A DNA stretch of 39,782 bases, taken from an uncultured Coriobacteriaceae bacterium. GTDB lineage: Bacteria > Actinomycetota > Coriobacteriia > Anaerosomatales > SLCP01. The position numbers were made by a program, and so were the translations under genes. Below, one piece after another: positions 18,427-26,500 of this stretch (position 1 is its first letter; each line of letters begins with the position of its first letter). The notes under the pieces were generated by a model that saw only the letters and a program-made list of their open reading frames with translations, had not been told where the DNA came from and ran no database searches. The stretch covers positions 1 to 39,782 of the forward strand of contig CAYGKH010000003.1 of the NCBI GenBank assembly GCA_964350345.1, read 5' to 3'.

Positions 18427-18804
18427 CTAGTTAGCGTACTCACGACGCATCGTTGCGTCGGCCGTGATCACCCAGTCAGTACTCCTGAAGAACCCGACGA
18501 GGGGAGTGAGGGCTCCGCGCACTTCGACCGTCACTGAGTCCGCACCGCGGTCAATCGTGGTAGTCGGCGATGTGTCGAAGATCGTCGTGTGATTCTCAAC
18601 CGCCTCAACGACACGGTCGTTGCTGGTGTCCACCGCGGCGATGCGCGCGCCCTCTCGGGCTGCGCCCGTGACAGTGATGAACCCATTGAACGCCCAACCA
18701 AACTCCAAGATGCCCATCAGCAACGCCAGTAGGATCGGGAGCACAAGGGCGAACTCGACAGCGCTTGCGCCATCGTCTCTGCGGATCATTGCAGAGCCTT
18801 TCAC
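18427..18804 (-). CDS. tadE: TadE-like pseudopilin
   Basis: DDGASAVEFALVLPILLALLMGILEFGWAF is the TadE-family N-terminus. The likely start is GTG 18804 (AGGAGG 7 nt upstream); the track ORF extends to 18813. Confidence 0.8.
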   Translation of the reverse strand: MKGSAMIRRDDGASAVEFALVLPILLALLMGILEFGWAFNGFITVTGAAREGARIAAVDTSNDRVVEAVENHTTIFDTSPTTTIDRGADSVTVEVRGALTPLVGFFRSTDWVITADATMRREYAN

Positions 18805-18905
18805 CGGATTCACCTCCTAGATCATCCTCGCCTGCCAGGAAGCACGGGACCCTCATGTCCAAACCTACCCGCACAGGAGCAATCCGCACACCCGGGGATC
18901 GACGG

Positions 18906-19088
18906 CTAGAAGCTGGGAACGGACTCGAACAACGCGAGCACTTCCCTCCCGACGAGGCCCACAACCACGATGATCATCGCGGCGACGGCCGCAGCCATAA
19001 CCGCATATTCCAGCACCGTCGCTCCTTCATCCCAGTGGCTTGACGGCGCCGTCATGACCCCCGTTCGCATACGCATCGCAGGCACCAT
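18906..19088 (-). CDS. flp: Flp-family type IVb pilin (second copy)
   Basis: DEGATVLEYAVMAAAVAAMIIVVVGLVG carries the Flp processing/hydrophobic motif (G/ATxxEY). The start is ambiguous: in-frame ATGs at 19088, 19076 and 19055. The longer track ORF (to 19238) overlaps flp1 and the hairpin. Confidence 0.75.
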   Translation of the reverse strand: MVPAMRMRTGVMTAPSSHWDEGATVLEYAVMAAAVAAMIIVVVGLVGREVLALFESVPSF

Positions 19089-19139
19089 CCGTATCCTGGC
19101 CTGGGTGGCGTCCGCCGGTTGACGAACCCCCGATTCGAC

Positions 19140-19176
19140 GATAAGAACCCCGCACAAGGCGCACGGGGTCCTTATC
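19140..19176 (-). terminator. Stem-loop between the two flp genes (candidate attenuator or partial terminator)
   Basis: On the mRNA strand: GAUAAGGACCCCG - 11-nt loop - CGGGGUUCUUAUC, a 13-bp stem with one G-U pair. It starts 16 nt after the flp1 stop. No U-tract follows. Confidence 0.4.
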
Positions 19177-19191
19177 GTCGCGCCCGTACGG

Positions 19192-19377
19192 CTAGGTCCC
19201 CGAGAGCTCGTCCAGCACGGTCTGGAATGCCGCGGCAATCTCCTCGCCGATCAGAAAGACGATAGCGACGATGACGGCTGCGATCGCCGCGACCATGATC
19301 CCGTACTCGACGGCGGTTGCGCCTTCGTCGTCCCGTACCATCAGACTCTGGGCCTTCACATACAACTTCGTGAGCAT
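19192..19377 (-). CDS. flp: Flp-family type IVb pilin (first copy, likely the major pilin)
   Basis: MLTKLYVKAQSLMVRDDEGATAVEYGIMVAAIAAVIVAIVFLIG is a canonical Flp prepilin (leader, G/A cleavage site, EY, hydrophobic helix). 61 aa. GGAAGGGGAGGTG RBS. Confidence 0.9.
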   Translation of the reverse strand: MLTKLYVKAQSLMVRDDEGATAVEYGIMVAAIAAVIVAIVFLIGEEIAAAFQTVLDELSGT

Positions 19378-19611
19378 CGCTCACACCTCCCCTTCCGGGA
19401 CCCGTCGGATCCCACTTCCCGCCGCGCCCCGGCTGACCGGGGGGTGATGCTCGGTGTGCCGCGACGGCCACGTGCATTCCTATTAATACAGTTTCCCTGC
19501 AGGCCGGCACGTGTCGTCATTCATCGGACCGTTATGGGAGACGGCTAGTATGATTCTCACTCATCCCAATGGAGGATGCCTATGGGGAGATCTGCGCAGG
19601 GCGCCCCCGCT

Positions 19612-20280
19612 TCAGTCCCCGTCCTTCCCTATCGACACGAGTCCCGCCCTCACTGCCGCCAGCACCGCCTGGGTGCGATCGGTGCGATCGAGCTTCCGAA
19701 GGATATGACTGACATGCGTCTTCACGGTCGTCTCGCCGATCCACAGCGCGCGGCCGATCTCCTTATTGCTCATGCCGCGTGCAATCAACCGCAAGACTTC
19801 CATCTCGCGCTCTGAAAGCAGGGAGCGCATCGCCTCGGCCTCGCCGTTCCCGCCTGGTTTCGCACCCCCGGCTATCACCCGCTGCGCGATCGCGTCGTCG
19901 AAGACCACCTGCCCGTCAGCCACAGATCTGATGGCCTGCGCGACGTTCTCGGCGCGCGAGTCCTTGAGCAGGTAGCCCGAGGCTCCGGCAGCAAGCACGC
20001 CGAATATCTCTTCCTCGTCATCGTAGCTGGTAAGCACGAGGACCCTGACACCGGCGTGCGCCTCCAGCACGAGCCTGCAGACCTCGGCCCCGCCGGGGCC
20101 AGGCATGCGCATGTCGAGCAACATCACGTCCGGCGCGGCCTCGGCCACCCTCTCGATCGCCTCATCACCGTTGGCCGCCTCGCCAACGAACACCAGGCCC
20201 GGCTCGTCGTCGATAAGCGACTTGAGTGCGAAACGGACAAGCTCGTGATCGTCGACGATGAACACCCTGACGTCGCTCAC
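19612..20280 (-). CDS. NarL/LuxR-family response regulator
   Basis: Receiver domain VFIVDDHELVR...DVMLLDMRMPG with the acceptor Asp present. C-terminal LuxR HTH LSEREMEVLRLIARGMSNKEIGRALWIGETTVKTHVSHIL. Confidence 0.92.
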   Translation of the reverse strand: MSDVRVFIVDDHELVRFALKSLIDDEPGLVFVGEAANGDEAIERVAEAAPDVMLLDMRMPGPGGAEVCRLVLEAHAGVRVLVLTSYDDEEEIFGVLAAGASGYLLKDSRAENVAQAIRSVADGQVVFDDAIAQRVIAGGAKPGGNGEAEAMRSLLSEREMEVLRLIARGMSNKEIGRALWIGETTVKTHVSHILRKLDRTDRTQAVLAAVRAGLVSIGKDGD

Positions 20281-20292
20281 TCTGTTTCCTCC

Positions 20293-21471
20293 TTAGAGCG
20301 GAATCTCGACCCGGACCTGCGTACCTTTGCCCGGTTCGCTCCGGATGTCGACGACCCCCCCCTCGCCTCTCACCCGACGCGTGATGCTGTGCAGACCGAT
20401 CGACCCGTCCTTCTCACGGCGCGCGAGCGCCTCATCCACGTCAAAGCCCCGGCCGTCGTCGGAAACGAACAGGATCACGCTCCTGTCCTTGTAGTCGAGG
20501 AGTACCTCGAAGTGGCCTGCGTCAGCGTGCCGCACGATGTTGCTCACGGTCTCCTTCGCCACCCGGTACAGGCACGCCTCAAGCGCGCCTGTCAGGAACC
20601 ATGGCTCGCCGCGCACGATGACCTCTCCCTCGACGTCCCGGCCGTTCGTCGCCTCCTTGACCCAGTGCTCAACAGAGGCGGCAAGGCCAAGCTCTTGAAG
20701 TTTCGCCGGCCGGAGGTCGTAGATGACTCGCCTGAGTTCGACCATGCTGACATTGAGCTCGTCCTGCAGCTCCTCGAGACGCTCGGCGACCGTCTGCGGA
20801 TCGCGGAACACCTGCTTCTTGCAGACCTCCAGTCCAAGCGAGATCGAGAAGAGTGACTGCGCGATCCCGTCATGCATCTCGCGTGCGATGCGGTCCCGCT
20901 CGGACGCCAGCAGGACGTAACTGTTCTCCTCGGCGAGTCGTGCGTTCTCGACCGCAGCAGCAGCAAACGAGCTCAGGATTGCCAGGTACTCAACCTGGTG
21001 CCCGGTGAACGGACGATTCTCATCGTTGATCGCACACAGCAGCCCGATCGGGCGCTCGCGCACCTTGATGGGGTCACATAACATCAGAGCATGCTGGCGC
21101 TTATCGTGATCGAGGTAGGTGCGACCGTTGCGCAGGACCTCCGAGGCCATGTCGCGGATCTTGCCGGCCCACCATTCCTCGGGAAGCTCGTCGCGACTTC
21201 CCCTCACCGTCAACGTGTCGAAGTCGAGAGTGTCGGAGTGGTCCGTCGTCAGCAGAAGGACCGCTTTCTGTGTGTTCGTCACGCGCTTGGCGCGATCTAC
21301 GATGGTGCTCAGCACCTCATCGACCGAGAGCGTGGAGGATACCGCCGAGGCAACGTCGTTAAGAGACGCAAGGAGTTCGCCTTGAAGGCGGTGGGGGCTC
21401 ATCCGGTAGCGCAGGGCTTCGAGCCATCCGCCACGGGACCCCGAAAGATGCTCGGCCCCCTCGACCGGCAT
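20293..21471 (-). CDS. Soluble GAF-domain sensor histidine kinase (HisKA_3 / NarX-DesK type)
   Basis: No TM segment. GAF-like region (LSVDEVLSTIVDRAKRV...IGLLCAINDE). H-box ERDRIAREMHDGIAQSLF. HATPase_c motifs (VSNIVRHA, DDGRGF, GLHSI). I prefer ATG 21471 (GGAG 6 nt upstream, in frame); the track's GTG at 21579 is an alternative. Confidence 0.88.
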   Translation of the reverse strand: MPVEGAEHLSGSRGGWLEALRYRMSPHRLQGELLASLNDVASAVSSTLSVDEVLSTIVDRAKRVTNTQKAVLLLTTDHSDTLDFDTLTVRGSRDELPEEWWAGKIRDMASEVLRNGRTYLDHDKRQHALMLCDPIKVRERPIGLLCAINDENRPFTGHQVEYLAILSSFAAAAVENARLAEENSYVLLASERDRIAREMHDGIAQSLFSISLGLEVCKKQVFRDPQTVAERLEELQDELNVSMVELRRVIYDLRPAKLQELGLAASVEHWVKEATNGRDVEGEVIVRGEPWFLTGALEACLYRVAKETVSNIVRHADAGHFEVLLDYKDRSVILFVSDDGRGFDVDEALARREKDGSIGLHSITRRVRGEGGVVDIRSEPGKGTQVRVEIPL

Positions 21472-21609
21472 CTGCCACTCCGCTACAAAACGCGTGTCAC
21501 CAGTGCGATCCCGCCCCACGGAGGGTTCCCCTTCGCCGAGGTACGAGCATCCGCGTCGCGCACCGCGCGCGACACTCACGAGGGATATACCCTTTCCGGA
21601 ACCGGGACT

Positions 21610-23625
21610 CTACACGCTCGAGACAGCCGGCGGGGCTCCCCGGGCCTCATCTCCCGGGCCATCGCTCTCTTCGGCCGCCACCTTGCTCTCGGCGATCTCG
21701 TCCTCAGCAGGCTCATCCTCACTCTCGACCTCGCGCTCGGCCTCCTCGGCCAGCCTGGCCTTCTCGAGTTCGAGGAACGCTGCCCAGTCGTCGGCAAGCA
21801 GCGCTTCGAGTTCGCCCTTATCGACCGTCTCCCTCTCGATGAGGACTTCGACCATAAGATCGAGTTGCGCTCGACGCTCGGTGAGTATCCTTCGCGCGGA
21901 ATCGTACGACTCGTCGATGAGCCGCCTGATCTCCTTGTCGATCTCATACGCGACCTCGGGGCTGTAATCAGCGTTCGCCGAGAAGTCCCGGCCGAGGAAC
22001 ACCTCGTGGTTGGCGTCCCCAAAAGTCTGCGGCCCGAGCTTGTCGGACATGCCGTAGCGCATCACCATCTGCTTGGCGAGCTTGGTGGCGCGTTCGATAT
22101 CGTTGCTTGCACCCGTCGTGATGTCGCCGATCGCGATCTCTTCTGCCACACGACCGCCGAGCATCATCGCGATCTGGTCGAGCATCTGTCCCTTGGAGTT
22201 CAAGAAGCGGTCCTCCTGCGGCAAAGAGAGCGTGTAGCCCAGCGCCTGACCGCGCGCGATGATCGAGATCTTGTGGACCGGGTCGGTCTTGGGTAGCACG
22301 TGGCCCACGAGGGCATGCCCGGCCTCGTGATAGGCGATGACTTTCTTCTCCTCCTCGGAGATGAGTCGGCTCTTGCGCTCGGGACCCGACAAGACCCGCT
22401 CGATCGCCTCATCGAGTTCCTTCATGTCGACCTTCTTCTTGCCGTGGCGCGCGGCGAGAAGAGCGGCTTCGTTCACAAGATTGGCGAGGTCAGCACCGGT
22501 AAACCCGGGCGTGCGGCGCGCAAGGACCTCGAGATCGACGTCGTCCTCCAGCGGCTTGCCGCGTGCATGGATCTTCAAGATCCCCTCGCGCCCCTTGAGG
22601 TCCGGACGGTCGACCACGATCTGGCGGTCGAAGCGACCCGGACGCAGCAGCGCCGGATCGAGGATGTCCGGCCGGTTGGTCGCCGCGATCAAGATCACGT
22701 TGTCCTGCATGTCGAAGCCATCCATCTCGACGAGCAACTGGTTCAGGGTCTGCTCGCGCTCATCGTGACCTCCGCCGAGACCGGCGCCACGCTGGCGCCC
22801 GACGGCGTCGATCTCATCCATGAATATGATGCAGGGGCTGGCGGCCTTGGCCTGCTCGAAAAGGTCGCGCACCCGGCTCGCGCCAACGCCGACGAACATC
22901 TCGACGAAGTCCGAACCCGATATCGAGAAGAAGGGCACGGCAGCCTCGCCGGCCACCGCACGGGCGAGAAGAGTTTTACCGGTTCCGGGAGGTCCGACGA
23001 GCAGAACGCCCTTGGGGATCTTCGCGCCCAGCGCCTGGAACTTGCCGGGGCTGGCGAGGTACTCCTTGAGCTCGTGCAACTCCTCGATCGCCTCATCAGC
23101 GCCGGCGACCTCCTTGAAGGTGATCCTCGGCTGGTCACGGGTCACCCGCTTGGCCTTCGCCTTGCCAAACGACATCACCTTGGAGTTCCCGCCCTGCATC
23201 TGGCTGAAGAAGTAGATCATCACGATGATCAAGATAGCGATGGGCAGCAGCGATGTGAGAATGCCGACCCACAGCGACGTGTTCTGAGGGTCGATGATGA
23301 GATTAACTTGCGAATCCGCTGGAGCCCCTTCGTTGTACTCGGCGATACGGCGCTCGAGCCCCTCGTCGCTCAGGAACGTCGTCGTGTACTTCGAAGTCTC
23401 CCCAGCATCCCTCGCGGCCGTGTCCGCATAGTAGGTGCCGAAGATGGTCCGGTCACGCGCCTGCGCCTCGACGTCGACGATACGACCGTCCTCGAGCGTC
23501 GCCTGGAACGCGCTCGAACTGAGCTCGGTGGGCACGTCGGGATCGCCGAGGGTGCCGGCGACGAAGTAGACCGCTGCCACCAGAAGGACAAGGTAGAGCA
23601 GGACGGTTCTCAGATTCCTATTCAA
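21610..23625 (-). CDS. ftsH: ATP-dependent zinc metalloprotease FtsH
   Basis: Two N-terminal TM helices. AAA+ Walker [12 protein letters not shown] and Walker [13 protein letters not shown] region, Zn site [12 protein letters not shown] start with GAGGAG upstream. Confidence 0.97.
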   Translation of the reverse strand: MNRNLRTVLLYLVLLVAAVYFVAGTLGDPDVPTELSSSAFQATLEDGRIVDVEAQARDRTIFGTYYADTAARDAGETSKYTTTFLSDEGLERRIAEYNEGAPADSQVNLIIDPQNTSLWVGILTSLLPIAILIIVMIYFFSQMQGGNSKVMSFGKAKAKRVTRDQPRITFKEVAGADEAIEELHELKEYLASPGKFQALGAKIPKGVLLVGPPGTGKTLLARAVAGEAAVPFFSISGSDFVEMFVGVGASRVRDLFEQAKAASPCIIFMDEIDAVGRQRGAGLGGGHDEREQTLNQLLVEMDGFDMQDNVILIAATNRPDILDPALLRPGRFDRQIVVDRPDLKGREGILKIHARGKPLEDDVDLEVLARRTPGFTGADLANLVNEAALLAARHGKKKVDMKELDEAIERVLSGPERKSRLISEEEKKVIAYHEAGHALVGHVLPKTDPVHKISIIARGQALGYTLSLPQEDRFLNSKGQMLDQIAMMLGGRVAEEIAIGDITTGASNDIERATKLAKQMVMRYGMSDKLGPQTFGDANHEVFLGRDFSANADYSPEVAYEIDKEIRRLIDESYDSARRILTERRAQLDLMVEVLIERETVDKGELEALLADDWAAFLELEKARLAEEAEREVESEDEPAEDEIAESKVAAEESDGPGDEARGAPPAVSSV

Positions 23626-23663
23626 CAGATCTCAATCTCCTCGAAACGATGGAACAGGCGGCT

Positions 23664-25643
23664 TTACTCCGAGTAAATCTCCGACCGGAGTACTCCGATG
23701 TAGGGGAGGTTCCTATATCTCTCAGCATAATCCAGGCCATATCCCACGACGAACTCATCCGGGACATCGAACCCGACATACTTACATGAGATAGGTACCC
23801 TCTGCTTGTCCTTCTTGTACAGGAGCGAGACGATCTCCAGACTCTTGGGCTTGCGCGACGCGAGGTTCTTCAGCAGATACTTCAGCGTGAGTCCTGTGTC
23901 GATGATGTCCTCGACGACGATCACGTGCCGGCCCTCGATGAGCTCCTCGAGGTCCTTGATGATTCGGACGACACCGGACGACTCGGTCGAGGATCCGTAG
24001 CTTGAGACAGCCATGAAATCGACCTCGACCGGGGATTCGATCGCTCGAGCAAGATCGGCGACGAAGAGCGCCGCGCCTCTGAGCACTGCAACGAGAAGAA
24101 CCGTCTCGCCACCGTAGTCGCGGCTGATCTCTGCGCCCAGTTCCCTCACGCGCTCTTTGATCTGTTCCTCGGTCACAACGATGTGGTCGAGATCCGGATG
24201 CATCCAAGACTCCTTGTCTCCGCGGCCTTTGCCGCGCCAGCCTATCGGTCCGCTTGCATGTGTAAGTCGGACCGCACGTAGTGTGCCCGGGCCGACCCTG
24301 TACTCCTCACTCTGCCTGACACCGGCGAGCCACACGACCCGCTTACCATCCCGCACGACCGGCACCGACTGGCGGTCGCGTCTGGGCACCTTCGCATCGA
24401 TAAGGAGGTCCGAGAGCTTCTTCGTCCCCCGCATGCCGAGGGGTTGCATCCTCTCCCCCGCCACCACCGGGCCGACCGACAGCGTCTCCGCCTCGCCGAC
24501 ATCGACCACCACGCTCGACACAGCGCCCTCGTGGTCCTCGGGTGACACGACCACGGCGAAGAGCTCTCCCGCGTGTCCGAGATCGACACTGCCCGGTAAA
24601 GGGAGCAAAGAGGGTGCCACTGGCGGGCGCCCTTCCCCATGTTGCGAGACCGTCATTCTACCGTACTCGGTGAACGCCCGCAGTCCTCCGGTGAGGTCGC
24701 GTGCAAAAGCATCGTCCTGTAGACCCGAGACGATCGCTTCGACATGGGCGAAATCAAGCCGAGAGACCGCAGGAAACGTACGTTCCAGTGCCGCGCGGAC
24801 GGTCCGGCGACGCATCGCAGGCGCAAGCGTGCGCAGCATCGCGCGATCGAGCGAGACCTCGCCCTCTCGTACCTCGGCGGTCGTGAAGTCCCGGACGAAA
24901 GCCTCGGCCATCTCGGCGAGGAGCGCATCTTCCTCGGCGAGGATGCGCATCGTGCGGGCAAGCGTGGTGCGGAGCGCGGGCTCGGCCTCGAGGAGGACCG
25001 GCAGGACCTCGTGACGGATGCGAGCCCGGGTACGCGACGTGTCGAGATTGGAGGCGTCTTCGCGCCAGGCATGGCCGCACTCCTCGAGCCATGCCCTGAT
25101 CTGCGGGCGCGGCACGTCGCCAAGCGGCCTGACGATGCGGTCGCGCACGGGCCGGATGGACGCGAGCCCTCCCATACCTGCACCGGAGAGGAGTCGCGAG
25201 ACGAACGTCTCGATGCGGTCGTCGAGCGTGTGGGCGACAGCGATACGTGCGCCCGAAGGTGCCGCGCTGACGGCGAGCGCACGGGCGTCGGCCTCCTCGG
25301 CGGCAAAGCGGTAGCGGACGATCCGGCCGGCGTCCTCGAGGTTGAGCCCCGCAGTCTCCGCATAGCCAGCTACATCGAAGCGGACCGCGCGGCAGGACAC
25401 GCCGAGCCGGGCGCACTCGGCGACCACGTAGGCCTCGTCGGCGTCGGCGTCGGCGCCGCGGAGCAGGTGATTGACGTGCAGCACGCTCACATCGAGGCCG
25501 TCACCAAGCTCGCCCGAGACGAGCAGGTGAAGCAGGGCCATCGAATCCGCGCCGCCGGAGACCATCGCGACGACCGTCGACCCTTGCGGAAGCATGTCGT
25601 GCTCGGCTGCTGTCGCACGTGCGATGTCGGGAAGTGGACTCAT
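23664..25643 (-). CDS. tilS-hpt: In-frame fusion: tRNA(Ile)-lysidine synthase TilS (aa 1-480) and hypoxanthine phosphoribosyltransferase (aa 481-659)
   Basis: TilS PP-loop VAMVSGGADSMAL and TilS C-terminal domain (KKLSDLLIDAKVPRRDR...VVWLAGVR). There is no stop before MHPDLDHIVVTEEQI...VVVEDIIDTGLTL...GYGLDYAERYRNLPYIG (HPRT). Start ATG 25643, in frame. The upstream 231 codons of the track ORF overlap the ABC permease and are R/G/P-rich. Confidence 0.85.
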   Translation of the reverse strand: MSPLPDIARATAAEHDMLPQGSTVVAMVSGGADSMALLHLLVSGELGDGLDVSVLHVNHLLRGADADADEAYVVAECARLGVSCRAVRFDVAGYAETAGLNLEDAGRIVRYRFAAEEADARALAVSAAPSGARIAVAHTLDDRIETFVSRLLSGAGMGGLASIRPVRDRIVRPLGDVPRPQIRAWLEECGHAWREDASNLDTSRTRARIRHEVLPVLLEAEPALRTTLARTMRILAEEDALLAEMAEAFVRDFTTAEVREGEVSLDRAMLRTLAPAMRRRTVRAALERTFPAVSRLDFAHVEAIVSGLQDDAFARDLTGGLRAFTEYGRMTVSQHGEGRPPVAPSLLPLPGSVDLGHAGELFAVVVSPEDHEGAVSSVVVDVGEAETLSVGPVVAGERMQPLGMRGTKKLSDLLIDAKVPRRDRQSVPVVRDGKRVVWLAGVRQSEEYRVGPGTLRAVRLTHASGPIGWRGKGRGDKESWMHPDLDHIVVTEEQIKERVRELGAEISRDYGGETVLLVAVLRGAALFVADLARAIESPVEVDFMAVSSYGSSTESSGVVRIIKDLEELIEGRHVIVVEDIIDTGLTLKYLLKNLASRKPKSLEIVSLLYKKDKQRVPISCKYVGFDVPDEFVVGYGLDYAERYRNLPYIGVLRSEIYSE

Positions 25644-25747
25644 GCCCACAGGGTAACGCAGCGCCACGTCTCGATGTGAACGAGTTCGTGTCACGTAGAT
25701 GACCAATACCAGGAACGGGTGATAAGCGGTGGCGCCGGTGCGTCGCC

Positions 25748-26500
25748 TCAGGCCTCGAGCCCGCGCGGCGTCACGAGACGTTCCGTCGTCGCAAGAAGCC
25801 CGTCCGCCACGATCGCGAGAAGTGCTGCTGCAGTGGCCCCCTGGAGCACGTACGCCATGTTCTGCACGTTGATCCCACCGATGATCGGATCGCCGAGCCC
25901 CCCTGCCCCCACCGCCGCAGCGACGGTAGCGGTCCCGATATTGATGACCACCGAGGTGCGGACTCCCGCCATGATCACCCGCGCCGCAAGGGGCAGCTCC
26001 AAAGTCAGCAGGGTCCTTGCCCGGCCCATTCCCATGCCGCGGGCGGCATCTACGAGGGTGCGCGGAACGGCCTCCAGACCGGCTACCGTGTTGCTCACCA
26101 CCGGGAACATCCCGTAGAGGAAGAGTGCGACCACCGCGGGCCACAGGCCGAACCCGAGGATCGGCATCATCAGCGCGAGGACGGCAACCGGCGGGAAGGT
26201 CTGTCCAAAGTCGACCGCCGCAGCGACGATCTCGCGGAAGTCGGCCCCCGACGGCCGGGTCACCCAGATGCCGAGCGGCAAACCCACGAGCAGCGTGAGT
26301 CCGCTCGAGATGCCGACGAGACGGAGATGCTGCCACGTGAGTTCAGCGACGGTCGCGCCCGGGTAGATCGGTCGTGCCGAGCGGGGAAACAGCCCCCCCA
26401 ACACACGCGCCCACAGATCCTGCTGACCCACCAGCAAGGCGAATCCCGCGACTCCGGCGAGGGCCATCGCCACGGGGAGCATGTCTCGCCGGGCGCTCAT
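25748..26500 (-). CDS. ABC transporter permease (osmoprotectant/glycine-betaine type, OpuCD-like)
   Basis: Six TM helices. BPD_transp_1 EAA-type loop VAGLEAVPRTLVDAARGMGMGRARTLLTLELPLA. ATGA overlap with the ATPase gene. Confidence 0.88.
   Translation of the reverse strand: MSARRDMLPVAMALAGVAGFALLVGQQDLWARVLGGLFPRSARPIYPGATVAELTWQHLRLVGISSGLTLLVGLPLGIWVTRPSGADFREIVAAAVDFGQTFPPVAVLALMMPILGFGLWPAVVALFLYGMFPVVSNTVAGLEAVPRTLVDAARGMGMGRARTLLTLELPLAARVIMAGVRTSVVINIGTATVAAAVGAGGLGDPIIGGINVQNMAYVLQGATAAALLAIVADGLLATTERLVTPRGLEA

Noticed and set aside
11132-21609. The Tad/TCS module as a mobile genomic island
   Set aside because: There is no integrase, transposase, flanking tRNA or flanking direct repeats. 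By eye, base composition and coupling style match the flanks. I therefore treat it as a chromosomal insertion or rearrangement, not a mobile element.
21091-23676. 401-aa and 458-aa plus-strand ORFs
   Set aside because: They lie antisense to the histidine kinase and ftsH. The translations are low-complexity and show no recognisable domains.
25644-26336. N-terminal 231 codons of the 890-aa track ORF
   Set aside because: This region overlaps the ABC permease gene in another frame and is R/G/P/D-rich. TilS homology, including the PP-loop, starts at MSPLPDIARA.
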